From an uncultured delta proteobacterium (GTDB lineage: Bacteria; Desulfobacterota; RBG-13-43-22): a stretch of 64,000 nucleotides of DNA. Location of the stretch: the NCBI GenBank assembly GCA_963711835.1, contig CAVQFQ010000006.1, forward strand, positions 32,001 to 96,000, in the 5' to 3' direction. Below, piece by piece: positions 39,788 through 49,397 of this stretch. The notes beneath the pieces were generated by a model, which saw only the letters and a program-made list of their open reading frames with translations, made no database searches and was not told where the DNA came from. Positions within the stretch are counted from its first letter, which is position 1, and the number at the start of each line of letters is the position of its first letter. A program made the position numbers and the translations under genes.

Positions 39788-41101
39788 TTATTTATGTTTT
39801 TTATTTTTCCTTGACCAGAAGAAATAAAACGGCAACCCCGTCAAGGTGATTAAAACCCCTAACAGCGAAGTGCCCGGTTTGTCTCCTGAAATCTGCCAGG
39901 CGATCCAGCCGTAGGCCGCCACAAAAACCAGGGGCGTCAGGGGGAATCCCCAGGTTCGGTAGGCTCTGAGCTGGTTGGGTTGTTTAACCCTGAGGACCAG
40001 ATGAGCCAACCCGGTCGCCATGGAGGCCAGGAGCATGATTAAAACCACATAGCCCAGAAGCTGATCAAAACTTCCCCAGACGACCATCAAGGCCGCCAGC
40101 AGCCCCTGGATCAAAATCGATCCATAAGGGGTCTTATAGCGGGGATGAAGTTTTTTCAGGAAAGACCAAAAGATTCTATCCTCGGCCATGGCATAAAAAA
40201 TCCGGGAACAGGCCAGGATGGTGGCATTGATGCTGGAGGCAATGGCCAGTAGGATGGCCAGGGAGATCATCCCGGCAAAGGTGCTGTTAAACAGGGTGGT
40301 AGCCGCCAATTGGCCCACGTTAACCACACCCTTCAGACTCGAAATGGGGACCGCGTATAAATAGGTTATATTGACCAGGGTATAAAGGACGGTAACTATC
40401 AAAGTCCCCCAGAGAAGCGAGCGGGGGACGTTTCTTTCCGGGTCCTTGACTTCACTGCCCACATAGGTGGAGGCGAACCAGCCGCTGTAGGTAAAAATAA
40501 CGGCGATCATGGGCGAGGCCAGCATCTTGGACCAGGGGATCGTTCCTCCCGGGCCGCCGGCGAAATGCTGCCAGCTTCCATTGCCGAAAAGCAGCCCCCA
40601 AAATATTAAAATACCCAGCAGGGCCAGGGAGCCCAGGGTGAAGAAATCCTGGGTGGTGCCGCCCCAACGGATTCCCCGGTAATTGACCCAGGTAAACAGG
40701 GCGATGACCACCATGGCCGCCGGCTTTCCGGCACCCGGCAAGGCTGCCGGAAGGACCGGTTTTAGATAAGTGGCCAGGGCCAACGACAGGGCGGCAATGG
40801 AACCGGGGATAATAATCCAAAAGTTGACCCAACCCAACAGAAACCCGGCCCAGGGCCCGTAAGCCTCCTTCAGGAACTGGTAATCACCCCCCGACCTGGG
40901 AAACAAGCCTGCCAGTTCGGCATAGGTCAGGGCCCCGCAAAGGGTCAGCAAGCCCCCAATAATCCAGATGCCGATAAACCAGAAAGGCTGAGGCAGTTCA
41001 CCGGCCAGGAAGCCGCTGGTGGTAAAAATACCGGCGCCGACTACATTGCCTACCACCAGTAGAATGGCATCCCCTAAGGTGAGGCTTCTTTTAAGCTGCA
41101 A
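39788..41101 (-). CDS. APC-family amino acid permease
   Basis: VGAGIF, YAELAGLFPRSGGDYQFL, YSGW, EVKDPERNVP. Confidence 0.9.
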   Translation of the reverse strand: MQLKRSLTLGDAILLVVGNVVGAGIFTTSGFLAGELPQPFWFIGIWIIGGLLTLCGALTYAELAGLFPRSGGDYQFLKEAYGPWAGFLLGWVNFWIIIPGSIAALSLALATYLKPVLPAALPGAGKPAAMVVIALFTWVNYRGIRWGGTTQDFFTLGSLALLGILIFWGLLFGNGSWQHFAGGPGGTIPWSKMLASPMIAVIFTYSGWFASTYVGSEVKDPERNVPRSLLWGTLIVTVLYTLVNITYLYAVPISSLKGVVNVGQLAATTLFNSTFAGMISLAILLAIASSINATILACSRIFYAMAEDRIFWSFLKKLHPRYKTPYGSILIQGLLAALMVVWGSFDQLLGYVVLIMLLASMATGLAHLVLRVKQPNQLRAYRTWGFPLTPLVFVAAYGWIAWQISGDKPGTSLLGVLITLTGLPFYFFWSRKNKKHK

Positions 41102-41164
41102 GGATGGGTTTCCTTTTTCTCATGAGTTCATTTTTTTAAAAAATAAAATGGTGCCCTCTTTCTT

Positions 41165-42943
41165 TTAATGGTGCCGATCCAGGGAGCTAGCCTCCAGGCA
41201 AGTCCCGATGTAGATCATCCCCAGCCATTTTTCTTTTTCGTCCCAGGTCAGGGAAAGGGCCTGGTCCAATTGGGTTTTAAGCAGCCGCTCGCTATCGGAA
41301 TAGCCCACCCGATAGGCGAAATAAACCGGCGTTTTCGGCGGGTAAACGGTGCCCAGCAGATCTACCAGATTTTTTAATTCTTTCAGTCCCATGAAGAGAG
41401 CCAGGGTATCGCCTTTTTCCAGCGCTGCCTTGAGCAAGGCGGGGTTGTCCTTAAGCGCCCAGAAAGTGGAAAGAATAATCGAGCCCCCTTTGCAGGCCAT
41501 TTCTTTGCCGATCAGGGCATTGGCGGCATTGAAAGCGCTGACGCCGGGAATAATTTCCTTCTGGCTGTCGTCAAACTGAGCGGCGATATGCCGAAGGCTT
41601 CCGTAAATGGAAGGATCCCCATATTCCAGGAGGGCCACGTTTTTGCCCTGCTTGAGTTCCGCTTTAATCAATGCTGCCGCCTCTTCCAACTTTCCCTGGA
41701 GCAGCCGTTTTTTCTCTTCGGCAGACAACTTGGCCAGTTCTTTTCCATAGATGGGTTCCGGCATCAGGTATTTGAAGGGATCAAAAAGGACAGGGCGCTC
41801 CCCGATATAGGAGGCGAACCTTTTTTTGATGTCATCGGAACAGATAAAGACATCGGCCCGGCCTATGGCCGATAGCGCTTTCCGGGTCAACAGATCCGGG
41901 TCGGCACAGCCCACACTGATCAGCATGACCTTGGGCTCCCGGCGCAAAGAGATTACCTCGATCCGGGAAACGGCCTTGACCCAGCGGTCGGCGGAAAGGT
42001 CGTCCGGTATGACCAGCTTGAATTTGCCGTCCGCTTTGATGGGCCGACCATCCAGGCGATCGGCAATTACGATCCGCCGGCCCAGAGGGTTAAGTAAAAG
42101 TTCCCCAGCCGAGATCAGCGACCGGTAGCCGTCCGGTGCGGAAATCACCAGGGCCGAATCGAGGGCCGGAGTAATGCCGGCCTTTTTGAGTAATTCCATT
42201 AACGGCACACCCTCAAGAAGGAGGTGGCCATGATAGCCCTTGCCGTCTCCAAAGACCTTCCCCGGCACCTCCAGACGGGGATAAGAAGATAAATCACTAA
42301 GGGACAGGATTTGTTTCCCGTTCTGAACAATTGAAAGGGCCGGGGCGAAGAGTTCCGGGACTTTCTTGGTGGGCAGTTTCAGGTGCAGGTCGATTACTTC
42401 AATACTGGTGATGTTCTCCAGGGATCGCTCGGTGTAGAAATCGTTGGCGACCACCAGCTTCGGAAATCCCACACTTCTCTTCAATGGATCATACCAGATC
42501 CGGTAAACCTCCGGTTTGTGGCAGAGGTTGCAGTCCCTAAAAGGCATGATGGGCGCTGCCTGGGTAGCAATCACGATTTCAGCCGGATTGCGGTAAAAGA
42601 CCTCGCCCCAGGACAGGACCGTTTGTTTTCCCTCCCGGTTACGGATCACAATGGCCAGATCCAGGGGTTTAATAAAAGAGGATTCTCCTTTTTGGATCAC
42701 GGCCGTTTCCAGCAATTCTTTCAAAGGCACCCCGCGGTAGTTGAAAACGCCGTGGAATTTTTTGTCCTGGTTCAGTTCATTGAGACGAACCTGGACCGAT
42801 TGAAAGCGGGCCAGGTCATTCAAGCTTAATTGAAGCGGCTGTTTGACCGCACCAATGATGCTTAAACCTTCCGACGAAACCGCCCAGGACGGCACGGTGT
42901 ATAAAAAAACCCCCAGAAAAAAAATGGCCCACCTCTTTTTCAT
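41165..42943 (-). CDS. Exported fusion protein: two molybdopterin-oxidoreductase-like repeats, one CxxCH, C-terminal CobM-like methylase domain
   Basis: Signal peptide ending SWA; repeats with GVPLxELL; APDGY...DRWVK; CNLCH at 42518-42532; ISVGCADPDLLT, YGDPSIYG, IPGVSAFNAANA. Confidence 0.78.
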   Translation of the reverse strand: MKKRWAIFFLGVFLYTVPSWAVSSEGLSIIGAVKQPLQLSLNDLARFQSVQVRLNELNQDKKFHGVFNYRGVPLKELLETAVIQKGESSFIKPLDLAIVIRNREGKQTVLSWGEVFYRNPAEIVIATQAAPIMPFRDCNLCHKPEVYRIWYDPLKRSVGFPKLVVANDFYTERSLENITSIEVIDLHLKLPTKKVPELFAPALSIVQNGKQILSLSDLSSYPRLEVPGKVFGDGKGYHGHLLLEGVPLMELLKKAGITPALDSALVISAPDGYRSLISAGELLLNPLGRRIVIADRLDGRPIKADGKFKLVIPDDLSADRWVKAVSRIEVISLRREPKVMLISVGCADPDLLTRKALSAIGRADVFICSDDIKKRFASYIGERPVLFDPFKYLMPEPIYGKELAKLSAEEKKRLLQGKLEEAAALIKAELKQGKNVALLEYGDPSIYGSLRHIAAQFDDSQKEIIPGVSAFNAANALIGKEMACKGGSIILSTFWALKDNPALLKAALEKGDTLALFMGLKELKNLVDLLGTVYPPKTPVYFAYRVGYSDSERLLKTQLDQALSLTWDEKEKWLGMIYIGTCLEASSLDRHH

Positions 42944-42959
42944 TTGATTTGTTTCCTCC

Positions 42960-43733
42960 TTAAACAGATTTTCGCTGCGGAAAATACCAGAGCATGAACA
43001 AGATCAAGAAGGCGAACCCCCAGAAAATAAGGTTTCTACCGGGGTCCTCCTTAATAATGATTTTTAGTTCCGGCTGGGGATTGTTACTCCGGGACATATC
43101 CAGATGGAAGGTAAGACCTTGCCAGGACAATGGTTCCAGGAATCGGATTTGCCGTTCGGTCGTGCTTCCGGCGGAACTAACCCTCAGGATCACCGAACAC
43201 TGTCTAAGCATCCCCCTAATTGGGGCCGGTGAGGCATACCGTTCACAGGCTTGAGAAATCACCTCCGCTTGTGATGAACCAGGCAGGTTGATCTGGGTTC
43301 CCGGTTTGGCTGGAATAATTTGGTTGTAACCGGCCACCAGACTGATCCCATGGCCGACCAGAATGACCAGGAAGCCCAAATGGATTAAAGAGGGGCTGAT
43401 TCTGATTGAGAACGACTTGAAACCGAGCTGTCTGCGAAGGGGCCAGAGAATAATCAGACGCTTTAGGGCACAGATCAGGGTGTTGGCGCCTAAAAAAAAC
43501 AGAAGAAGCAGTAACGTTCCCAGCCACCAGATCCGACCGGATTGCCGAAGGCCGACCCGCCGGACCCATTCCTGAATCAGCAGGTGATTTAAGGTATTGA
43601 ATAAGGAAAAATTGAATTTAAGGTAGTAGGAACCGATGCCTAAATTGAGCGAGATCAATAACAGCAACCAGAAATTGACCCAGACGTTGCCGCAGAAATC
43701 CCAAATTTTTTTCAACATGTCCCTACCCTCCAA
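42960..43733 (-). CDS. ResB/CcsB-like cytochrome c biogenesis membrane protein
   Basis: LGANTLIC, SLIHLGFLVILVGH, PLSWQG, DPG before the last TM; overlaps ccsA. Confidence 0.7.
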   Translation of the reverse strand: MEGRDMLKKIWDFCGNVWVNFWLLLLISLNLGIGSYYLKFNFSLFNTLNHLLIQEWVRRVGLRQSGRIWWLGTLLLLLFFLGANTLICALKRLIILWPLRRQLGFKSFSIRISPSLIHLGFLVILVGHGISLVAGYNQIIPAKPGTQINLPGSSQAEVISQACERYASPAPIRGMLRQCSVILRVSSAGSTTERQIRFLEPLSWQGLTFHLDMSRSNNPQPELKIIIKEDPGRNLIFWGFAFLILFMLWYFPQRKSV

Positions 43734-44475
43734 TCCGGGGGATAGCGGCCTCTGTAAACAATCCCCCGTAACCGTAGAGGAGGACCAGGAAAAGGCCGAA
43801 CAAGGAAAAGCGGGCCTCGGTCTTCAGATTCCAGATTGACCGGTAGCGTAAGTGAAGCAGGGCGGCGTAGAAGCACCAGAGGGAAGCGGACTGCAGGTGC
43901 CGGTTGCTCCAATGAAGGGGCGTGGCCCAACCCAAATAGGCCCAGTAAGCGCCTAACACCTGGGCAATGCTGTAGAAGATAAACCCCCAAACGAGGAAGG
44001 AATGGAAGATTCGCGCCGGCTCCCGCTTAATTAAGTTGAGAATGGCCAGGGAGCTTCCGGCGATAAAACAAGCCTGGCCCAGGACTTCAAACATAAAAAA
44101 TAATACCGAAAAAATTGTTTGGGTTTTTGGCCCTGGAGGAATAACCCCCGTTGGAAAAAGAAGGGTGGCCAGGGAAAGAATAACGATCGGGATCAACAGA
44201 CCTTCGCTTAAGGAAGCATCCTTGGAAAAGTAGGTAAGCCCCAGACTGATCAGTGCCAGGCACCAGGGTAAAAAAAAGACGGTTTCAAAAAGGGGGTTAG
44301 GGATCCAGATCCCGATAAGCAGGCTCCGGTTAATGATAAAAAGGGTATGAAGCGTAAAACCGAGTCCAAGCAAAAACAGCATGATCCTCGGCCGGCGCCA
44401 TAGCCGGGCCAGCAGTCCTGCTCCGTAAAGCCCGATGACTATCGGAAAAATTTGGATACCTATTCCTGAGGTCAT
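43723..44475 (-). CDS. CcsA/ResC-like cytochrome c assembly protein
   Basis: GAYWAYLGWATPLHW (WWD-like) and YAALLH heme-handling motifs. Confidence 0.8.
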   Translation of the reverse strand: MTSGIGIQIFPIVIGLYGAGLLARLWRRPRIMLFLLGLGFTLHTLFIINRSLLIGIWIPNPLFETVFFLPWCLALISLGLTYFSKDASLSEGLLIPIVILSLATLLFPTGVIPPGPKTQTIFSVLFFMFEVLGQACFIAGSSLAILNLIKREPARIFHSFLVWGFIFYSIAQVLGAYWAYLGWATPLHWSNRHLQSASLWCFYAALLHLRYRSIWNLKTEARFSLFGLFLVLLYGYGGLFTEAAIPRIGG

Positions 44476-44503
44476 TTATAGGGAGTTACCTTTAAAGCTT
44501 ATT

Positions 44504-44549
44504 GTTATGCTTTTCTTGGCATATATGGCAAGAATGACATATAAGTCAA
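44504..44549 (-). promoter_or_regulatory. Tandem operators (TATG-N10-CATA, 18-bp period) abutting -35 TTGACT (ccsA operon promoter)
   Basis: GTTATG-N10-CATATA overlapping TATATG-N10-CATATA, then AGTCAA. Confidence 0.75.
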
Positions 44550-44705
44550 GATCTTTTTTCCGGAAATTTAAAAGGACCTTGGTCTCAGGTTTGAGGAGGG
44601 GAGCTCCTGAAGCAAAATTCGTGAAAAGGTCATAGCCTTTGGATCTGAAATAGGCTAAAAGATAGAATAAAGCAGGCCGTCACTGAAAATTGCCGGAGGT
44701 TCCCT

Positions 44706-45447
44706 ATGGTGAAAAAGCAGGATGAAACAGGAACGGATTACCTTCCTGAAAGCGCCCTGGCCATCGTGGCCCATCCCGATGATATCGAATTCACCTGCGC
44801 CGGGACGTTGGCCCTCTGGGCTGGAAAGGACGCCCGGGTTGGCTATGTCCTTTGCACCAGCGGCGATGCCGGGATCGATGACCCTGAGATTTCAAAGGCC
44901 CAGGCCGCTCAAATCCGAGAGAAAGAACAGTCGGCCGCTGCCGATAAGATCGGGGTAAAGGAAGTGGTCTTTCTCAGGGAACCCGACGGCCTGCTCCAGG
45001 CCACACTGGCCTTGCGGAAAAAGATTGTCCGGGAGATCCGGCGATTCCGTCCCGAGGTGGTCATGTGCTGGGACCCGACCGTGGTCTGGATCAATGACCG
45101 GATGATCAATCACCCGGACCACCGGGCCGCCGCTTTAGCGGCCCTGGATGCCGTTTTCCCGGCGGCCGGTCAGCCCCATCTCTATGAAGATCTCGAAGCC
45201 GAGGGGTTTCTTCCTCATAAACCCCATAAACTCTATGTGGTAAGCTGGGGTCCGGCCGACCTTTATGTGAATATTGAAGAAACCCTGCCCCTCAAAATCG
45301 CTGCCGTAAAAAAGCATACCAGCCAATTCAAGAATTGGGATCCGGAAAGTGTTTATAAAGGAGATGGCCTCCCAAGCCGGTCGGGAGAAAGGGTTGAAAT
45401 TCGCCGAGGCCTTCCGGGTCATTTCCCTGACCGAATACCCATCCTGA
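44706..45447 (+). CDS. PIG-L/LmbE deacetylase family; frameshift near 45347
   Basis: AHPDD, RxxEQ and HPDH motifs; the natural end (EMASQAGREKGLKFAEAFR...*) is in the next frame. Confidence 0.82.
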
Positions 45448-45566
45448 CTTACCGATACCCTTATATAATACACCCTCTCCGGATTAATCCCGCCTATAGC
45501 CGGCCCCATTATCATCATAATTACCTATTTGACTCATAGATTATCTTAATCTATCTTGCTAACGTT

Positions 45567-46091
45567 ATGGGAGAGAAGAAAGGGAGCCGCCGGGTCTCCA
45601 ACTGGAAGGGCGGCTTTCCCGGTCGAGGACGTATTTCATGGATTACTCTGGCCGTCCGTGTGGTCTTGGGCGGAATTTTTATTTATGCTGGGACCATGAA
45701 ATTGCTGGACCCGAAGGCCTTTGCCCGGATTATTTCCCAATATGACTTGGTTCCGGAAAGCCTTTTGCCTGTCATAGCCATAGGTTTACCCGGCTTGGAG
45801 GTCATAGCGGGAATCGGACTTATCTGGGCCTTTCCCGGTAGTCTGGGGGTAATTTCCAGCCTCCTGATGCTTTTCGTCGGGGTGCTCTGGTACGGCATTC
45901 TAAAGGACTTGGATGTGGATTGCGGCTGTTTTTCAGCCGAAGAACTTGCAAAACAGGGAGACCTCTGGCAGGCCTTTTACCGGGATTTCCTGATGATCGG
46001 GGCAGCTCTTTTCCTGTTTGTTTCCCGGTGGATGCAGTCGGGTCGCAATAAAAGCTTGCCCCTGTGGGCAAAAATAAAACTCACCTTGTAA
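45567..46091 (+). CDS. MauE/DoxX-family membrane protein
   Basis: RVVLGGIFIYAG..K, E..AG, DCGCF. Confidence 0.88.
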   Translation: MGEKKGSRRVSNWKGGFPGRGRISWITLAVRVVLGGIFIYAGTMKLLDPKAFARIISQYDLVPESLLPVIAIGLPGLEVIAGIGLIWAFPGSLGVISSLLMLFVGVLWYGILKDLDVDCGCFSAEELAKQGDLWQAFYRDFLMIGAALFLFVSRWMQSGRNKSLPLWAKIKLTL

Positions 46092-46106
46092 GGGGGAAAT
46101 TGAAAG

Positions 46107-46619
46107 ATGTTGAAGAAGAGAATTGGATTGATTGGTTTTTTGGGGATTTTTCTGGTGATGGGTTTTGCTACCAATGGATTAGCCGCCTGGGGCAGCAAGG
46201 AAATGGATACGGAAAAGATTGCGCTGAACTTCGCCCGGGAGGTGGAACGGGGCGGATATAAGATTGTTTCCACGGAAGAATTAAAGGGTTGGATCGACCA
46301 GAAGAAAGAGCTGCTGATTGTCGATACCATGCCTTTTGAAGATAGTTATAAAAAGCAGCATGTGCCGGGGGCGGTTCAAATGGAATTCCCCATCCCGGAA
46401 ATGACCCAACTGGACGACAAGAAGAAAGCGGATATCGAAAAACTGCTGGGACCCAACAAAGACCGTCTGATCGTCATCTATTGCGGGTTTACCAAATGCA
46501 CCCGCAGCCACAACGGGGCCATGTGGGCCGTTAAAATGGGCTATAAGAATGTTTACCGCTATCCCGGCGGCATCAAGGCCTGGGATGAAGCGGGATACCC
46601 GGTTGAAAAAGTTAAATAA
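46107..46619 (+). CDS. Exported rhodanese-domain protein
   Basis: Signal peptide; HVPGA, YCGFTKCTRS, YPGGIKAW. Confidence 0.9.
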   Translation: MLKKRIGLIGFLGIFLVMGFATNGLAAWGSKEMDTEKIALNFAREVERGGYKIVSTEELKGWIDQKKELLIVDTMPFEDSYKKQHVPGAVQMEFPIPEMTQLDDKKKADIEKLLGPNKDRLIVIYCGFTKCTRSHNGAMWAVKMGYKNVYRYPGGIKAWDEAGYPVEKVK

Positions 46620-46700
46620 TTTTCACATGATGATACCTTCCAATCCCCTCCGGATTCTGAGCGCACCGGTTCAACAGGACCGGAGGGGAAGCTTTGTACT

Positions 46701-47369
46701 ATGCTGTCACGTTTATTGACCATCCTATCGGTCGGGGTGGTCGCAACCCTGATCATTGCCTCGGCCGGTTCAGGACCTTTATCGGCCCAGGACCTGAACC
46801 CCTTTCCAACGAAGGCCCACCCTCTTTTAGCGGACGTTAAAAACAAGCGGGTTTTAATCTACGCCGAAGTCAATCCTAAAAATCAGGGCAATTCCAACCC
46901 ACATTGGTGCGTTGTTTTTCAGGGCGGGAAGCTGAAGGACAAGGCCATCCTACAGGCCTTCTGCACGCCACAGGAATTCCACGACGCCCTATTGCAAATC
47001 GGCGCCAGGCCCGGAAACAACCTGACCCTCCGCAGTTCCGGGGAGGTCATTGGGGGCGATGAACTCCAGGTTTCGGTCACCTGGCCCGGCCTTTCCCGGC
47101 CCCTGGGGTTGTCCGATATCCTGGACGATTCCTCCGGGAAGGGCTTCCGGATCCGGTTCGGCGGCAACCGGCAGCGGGCCATCGAAGAAAGCACCGGCTG
47201 CATCACCTGCCTGGAAAGCTGCCCCATTGGCATCACCAGCAACGCCGCTTATCCGGCCATCGGCGGCTTTAAAAGGCTGATGTCGCCCAATTCGCAGTTT
47301 AAATTAAAGAGCGAAAAAGTCCCCCGCCAGGGGGGCCTGATTCTGATTTACAGCCTGAAATCAAATTAA
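46701..47369 (+). CDS. YdjY-domain exported protein
   Basis: GARPGNNL, FGGN, TGCITCLESCPIGITSN. Confidence 0.78.
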   Translation: MLSRLLTILSVGVVATLIIASAGSGPLSAQDLNPFPTKAHPLLADVKNKRVLIYAEVNPKNQGNSNPHWCVVFQGGKLKDKAILQAFCTPQEFHDALLQIGARPGNNLTLRSSGEVIGGDELQVSVTWPGLSRPLGLSDILDDSSGKGFRIRFGGNRQRAIEESTGCITCLESCPIGITSNAAYPAIGGFKRLMSPNSQFKLKSEKVPRQGGLILIYSLKSN

Positions 47370-47372
47370 ATT

Positions 47373-47890
47373 ATGATTCGGTTTGTTCATCTTGAGAGAA
47401 GATTTGAGAAAGAACTGGATGCCCTTGGGAAACGCGGCGAGAAGGGGCGGCTGCCGCCCGAAAAGCCGAAGCGCTCATCGCGGCCTTGACCCAAAAAGGG
47501 CCCCCCGATTTAAAAAAAGTCTGGAAATTGACCGCCAGGGGAGAAAATCGGATTGAAGGCTGCATCAAATACGACCTGGGCGAGGGCTTTCGGGTGATCT
47601 GTTTTCGCCGTGGGGGAACACTTTTTGTTTCCTATATCGGATCCCATGAAGAATGCCACAACTGGTTGTACCATTACAGTGGCCGCCATCACTGGGTAGC
47701 CAAGGAAAACGGCACCACCATCCCCGTCCAATTGACTGAAATCTCGGATGGTTGGAAAACGGGGTCTTTGGATGGGGACCTGGAAGATGATTATGACGAT
47801 CTCTTGATGGAACAGATCGATGATAAAACACTGAGAAAGATTTTCAGCGGCCTGGTTAAAAATGGAAAACAACCGGATAAATCCCTTTAA
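47373..47890 (+). pseudogene. Hypothetical protein (possibly RelE/ParE-like fold), frameshift in the G4 run at 47444-47447
   Basis: MIRFVHLERRFEKELDAL..KG continues as AAAARKAEALIAALTQKG...KYDLGEGFRVIC..YIGSHEECHNW if one G is added. Confidence 0.55.
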
Positions 47891-48993
47891 GGAAATCTCT
47901 GAAAAGTGCATCGCCTGCCCCCTCTGCCGGCGGGAGTGCGCCTTTTTAGAGAAGTATGGAAATCCCAAAGAGATCGCCGATCGGATCGATCCGGGCGTGG
48001 ACGCCACCTTAACCTTGGCCTTTGAATGCAGTCTTTGCGGGCTATGCGGGGCCGTCTGCCCGGTTAGATCTTGACCCCAGGGACTTGTTTCTGGAAATGC
48101 GTCGGGGAGCGGTTAAAAAGGGTATCGCCCCGTTTCCCGAGCATAAGATGCTCCTGGATTACGAAAAAAGGGGAACTTCGAGAAGATACTCCTATTATGC
48201 CCTGCCGGAAGGTTGCGACACTATTTTTTTCCCGGGCTGCGGGCTTCCAGGCACCCGGCCAAAGCGAACCCTCCAGGTATTTGAACGCCTTCAGTCTTTT
48301 ATTCCCAGTCTGGGAATCGTCCTGGATTGCTGCACCAAACCCTCTCATGATTTAGGATGTCAGGATTATTTTCTGGCTATTTTCGGCGAAATGAGAGACT
48401 ACCTGGTCCAGAACGGCGTCCGGACCGTTCTTACGGCTTGTCCCAACTGTTTACGGGTCTTTAAGGAAAACGGGAATGGACTGGAGATTAAAACCGTATA
48501 TGAAGTCCTGGCTGAAAAGGGCCTGCCCGTCAACCAGACCCCAACCGGAAAACCGGTGGTCATCCATGACCCCTGCGCGATCCGCCATGAAATTCCGATC
48601 CACGACGCCGTCCGGACCCTGGTTAGAAACCAGGGTCTGCAAGTGGAGGAAATGTCCCATCAGGGTCTAAAAACCCTTTGCTGCGGTGAAGGAGGGGCGG
48701 TTGGGATGCTGGCCCCGGAACTGGCTTGGCAGTGGGGCCAAAAACGCAAAACCGAAGCCGAAAACAGGGTGCTGGTAACGTATTGCGTCGGATGTTCCAG
48801 TCTTTTAAGCAAACTGACCCCCACCTTTCATCTGCTTGATCTGGCCTTCGAACCCGAGGCCACCCTGCAGGGCCGGGTTAAAGCGTCCGGACCCCCCTGG
48901 ACCTATTGGAACCGCCTTATAGTAAAAAAAAAATTAAAAAAGATTATCCAAACCCCGGTAACCCGGGAGAGAATCCTCCACACTGAACGATAA
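47862..48993 (+). pseudogene. (Fe-S)-binding protein with CCG domains (HdrD/GlpC-like), frameshift near 48065
   Basis: CIACPLC..C and CSLCGLCGAVCP in one frame; DLDPRDLFLEMRR, FFPGC, DCC, HDPC, CCGEGG in the next. Confidence 0.8.
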
Positions 48994-49149
48994 AAGTTTT
49001 TTATAATTAAAACAGTTTGTTTGACAATTTCGGGCTTCAAGCAAATTTCACACCAGTTGAGGCCAAGCATCCTAAAAAATAGCGCTCATTTTTTACTTTT
49101 CGGGAAAGTCTCGGATCTGCAACCTCCAAAACTTTTACAACATCGAGGT
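48988..49149. repeat. Partial copy of the ~264-bp dispersed repeat
   Basis: CGGGAAAGTC-TCGGATCTGCAAC...CTTTTACAACATCGAGGT matches 58808-59070 with the GC-rich core deleted. Confidence 0.7.
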
Positions 49150-49397
49150 GAACCCAAGACTATGGTGTAAAAAAATACCTTCCGGGAGATATATGGAATT
49201 TGAAAACTAACAAAAAAAGGGATATAAAGGTTATCATAAAACAAAGGCAGTTATGGGGGGATCCTTCCCCATGCTCGCCGGGAAGGAGGAAAAGAGTGGG
49301 AGGGGGAGAAATAAGGGAAATTTTCTAATTTTTAACCAGGCTGTTCAGACCGGTTTGATCACAGGCCGGTAAAAAATGTTGCAAAAGGAGGCAACCT

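Noticed and set aside
41101-41131. In-frame ATG-AAC-TCA-TGA upstream of the APC permease, suggesting Sec at codon 4
   Set aside because: No convincing SECIS, no Cys expected in this variable N-terminus, and a weak RBS; more likely chance or a nonsense change.
48072-48074. TGA after CPVRS as possible Sec
   Set aside because: That frame stops again soon after; the protein continues in another frame, so a frameshift explains it.
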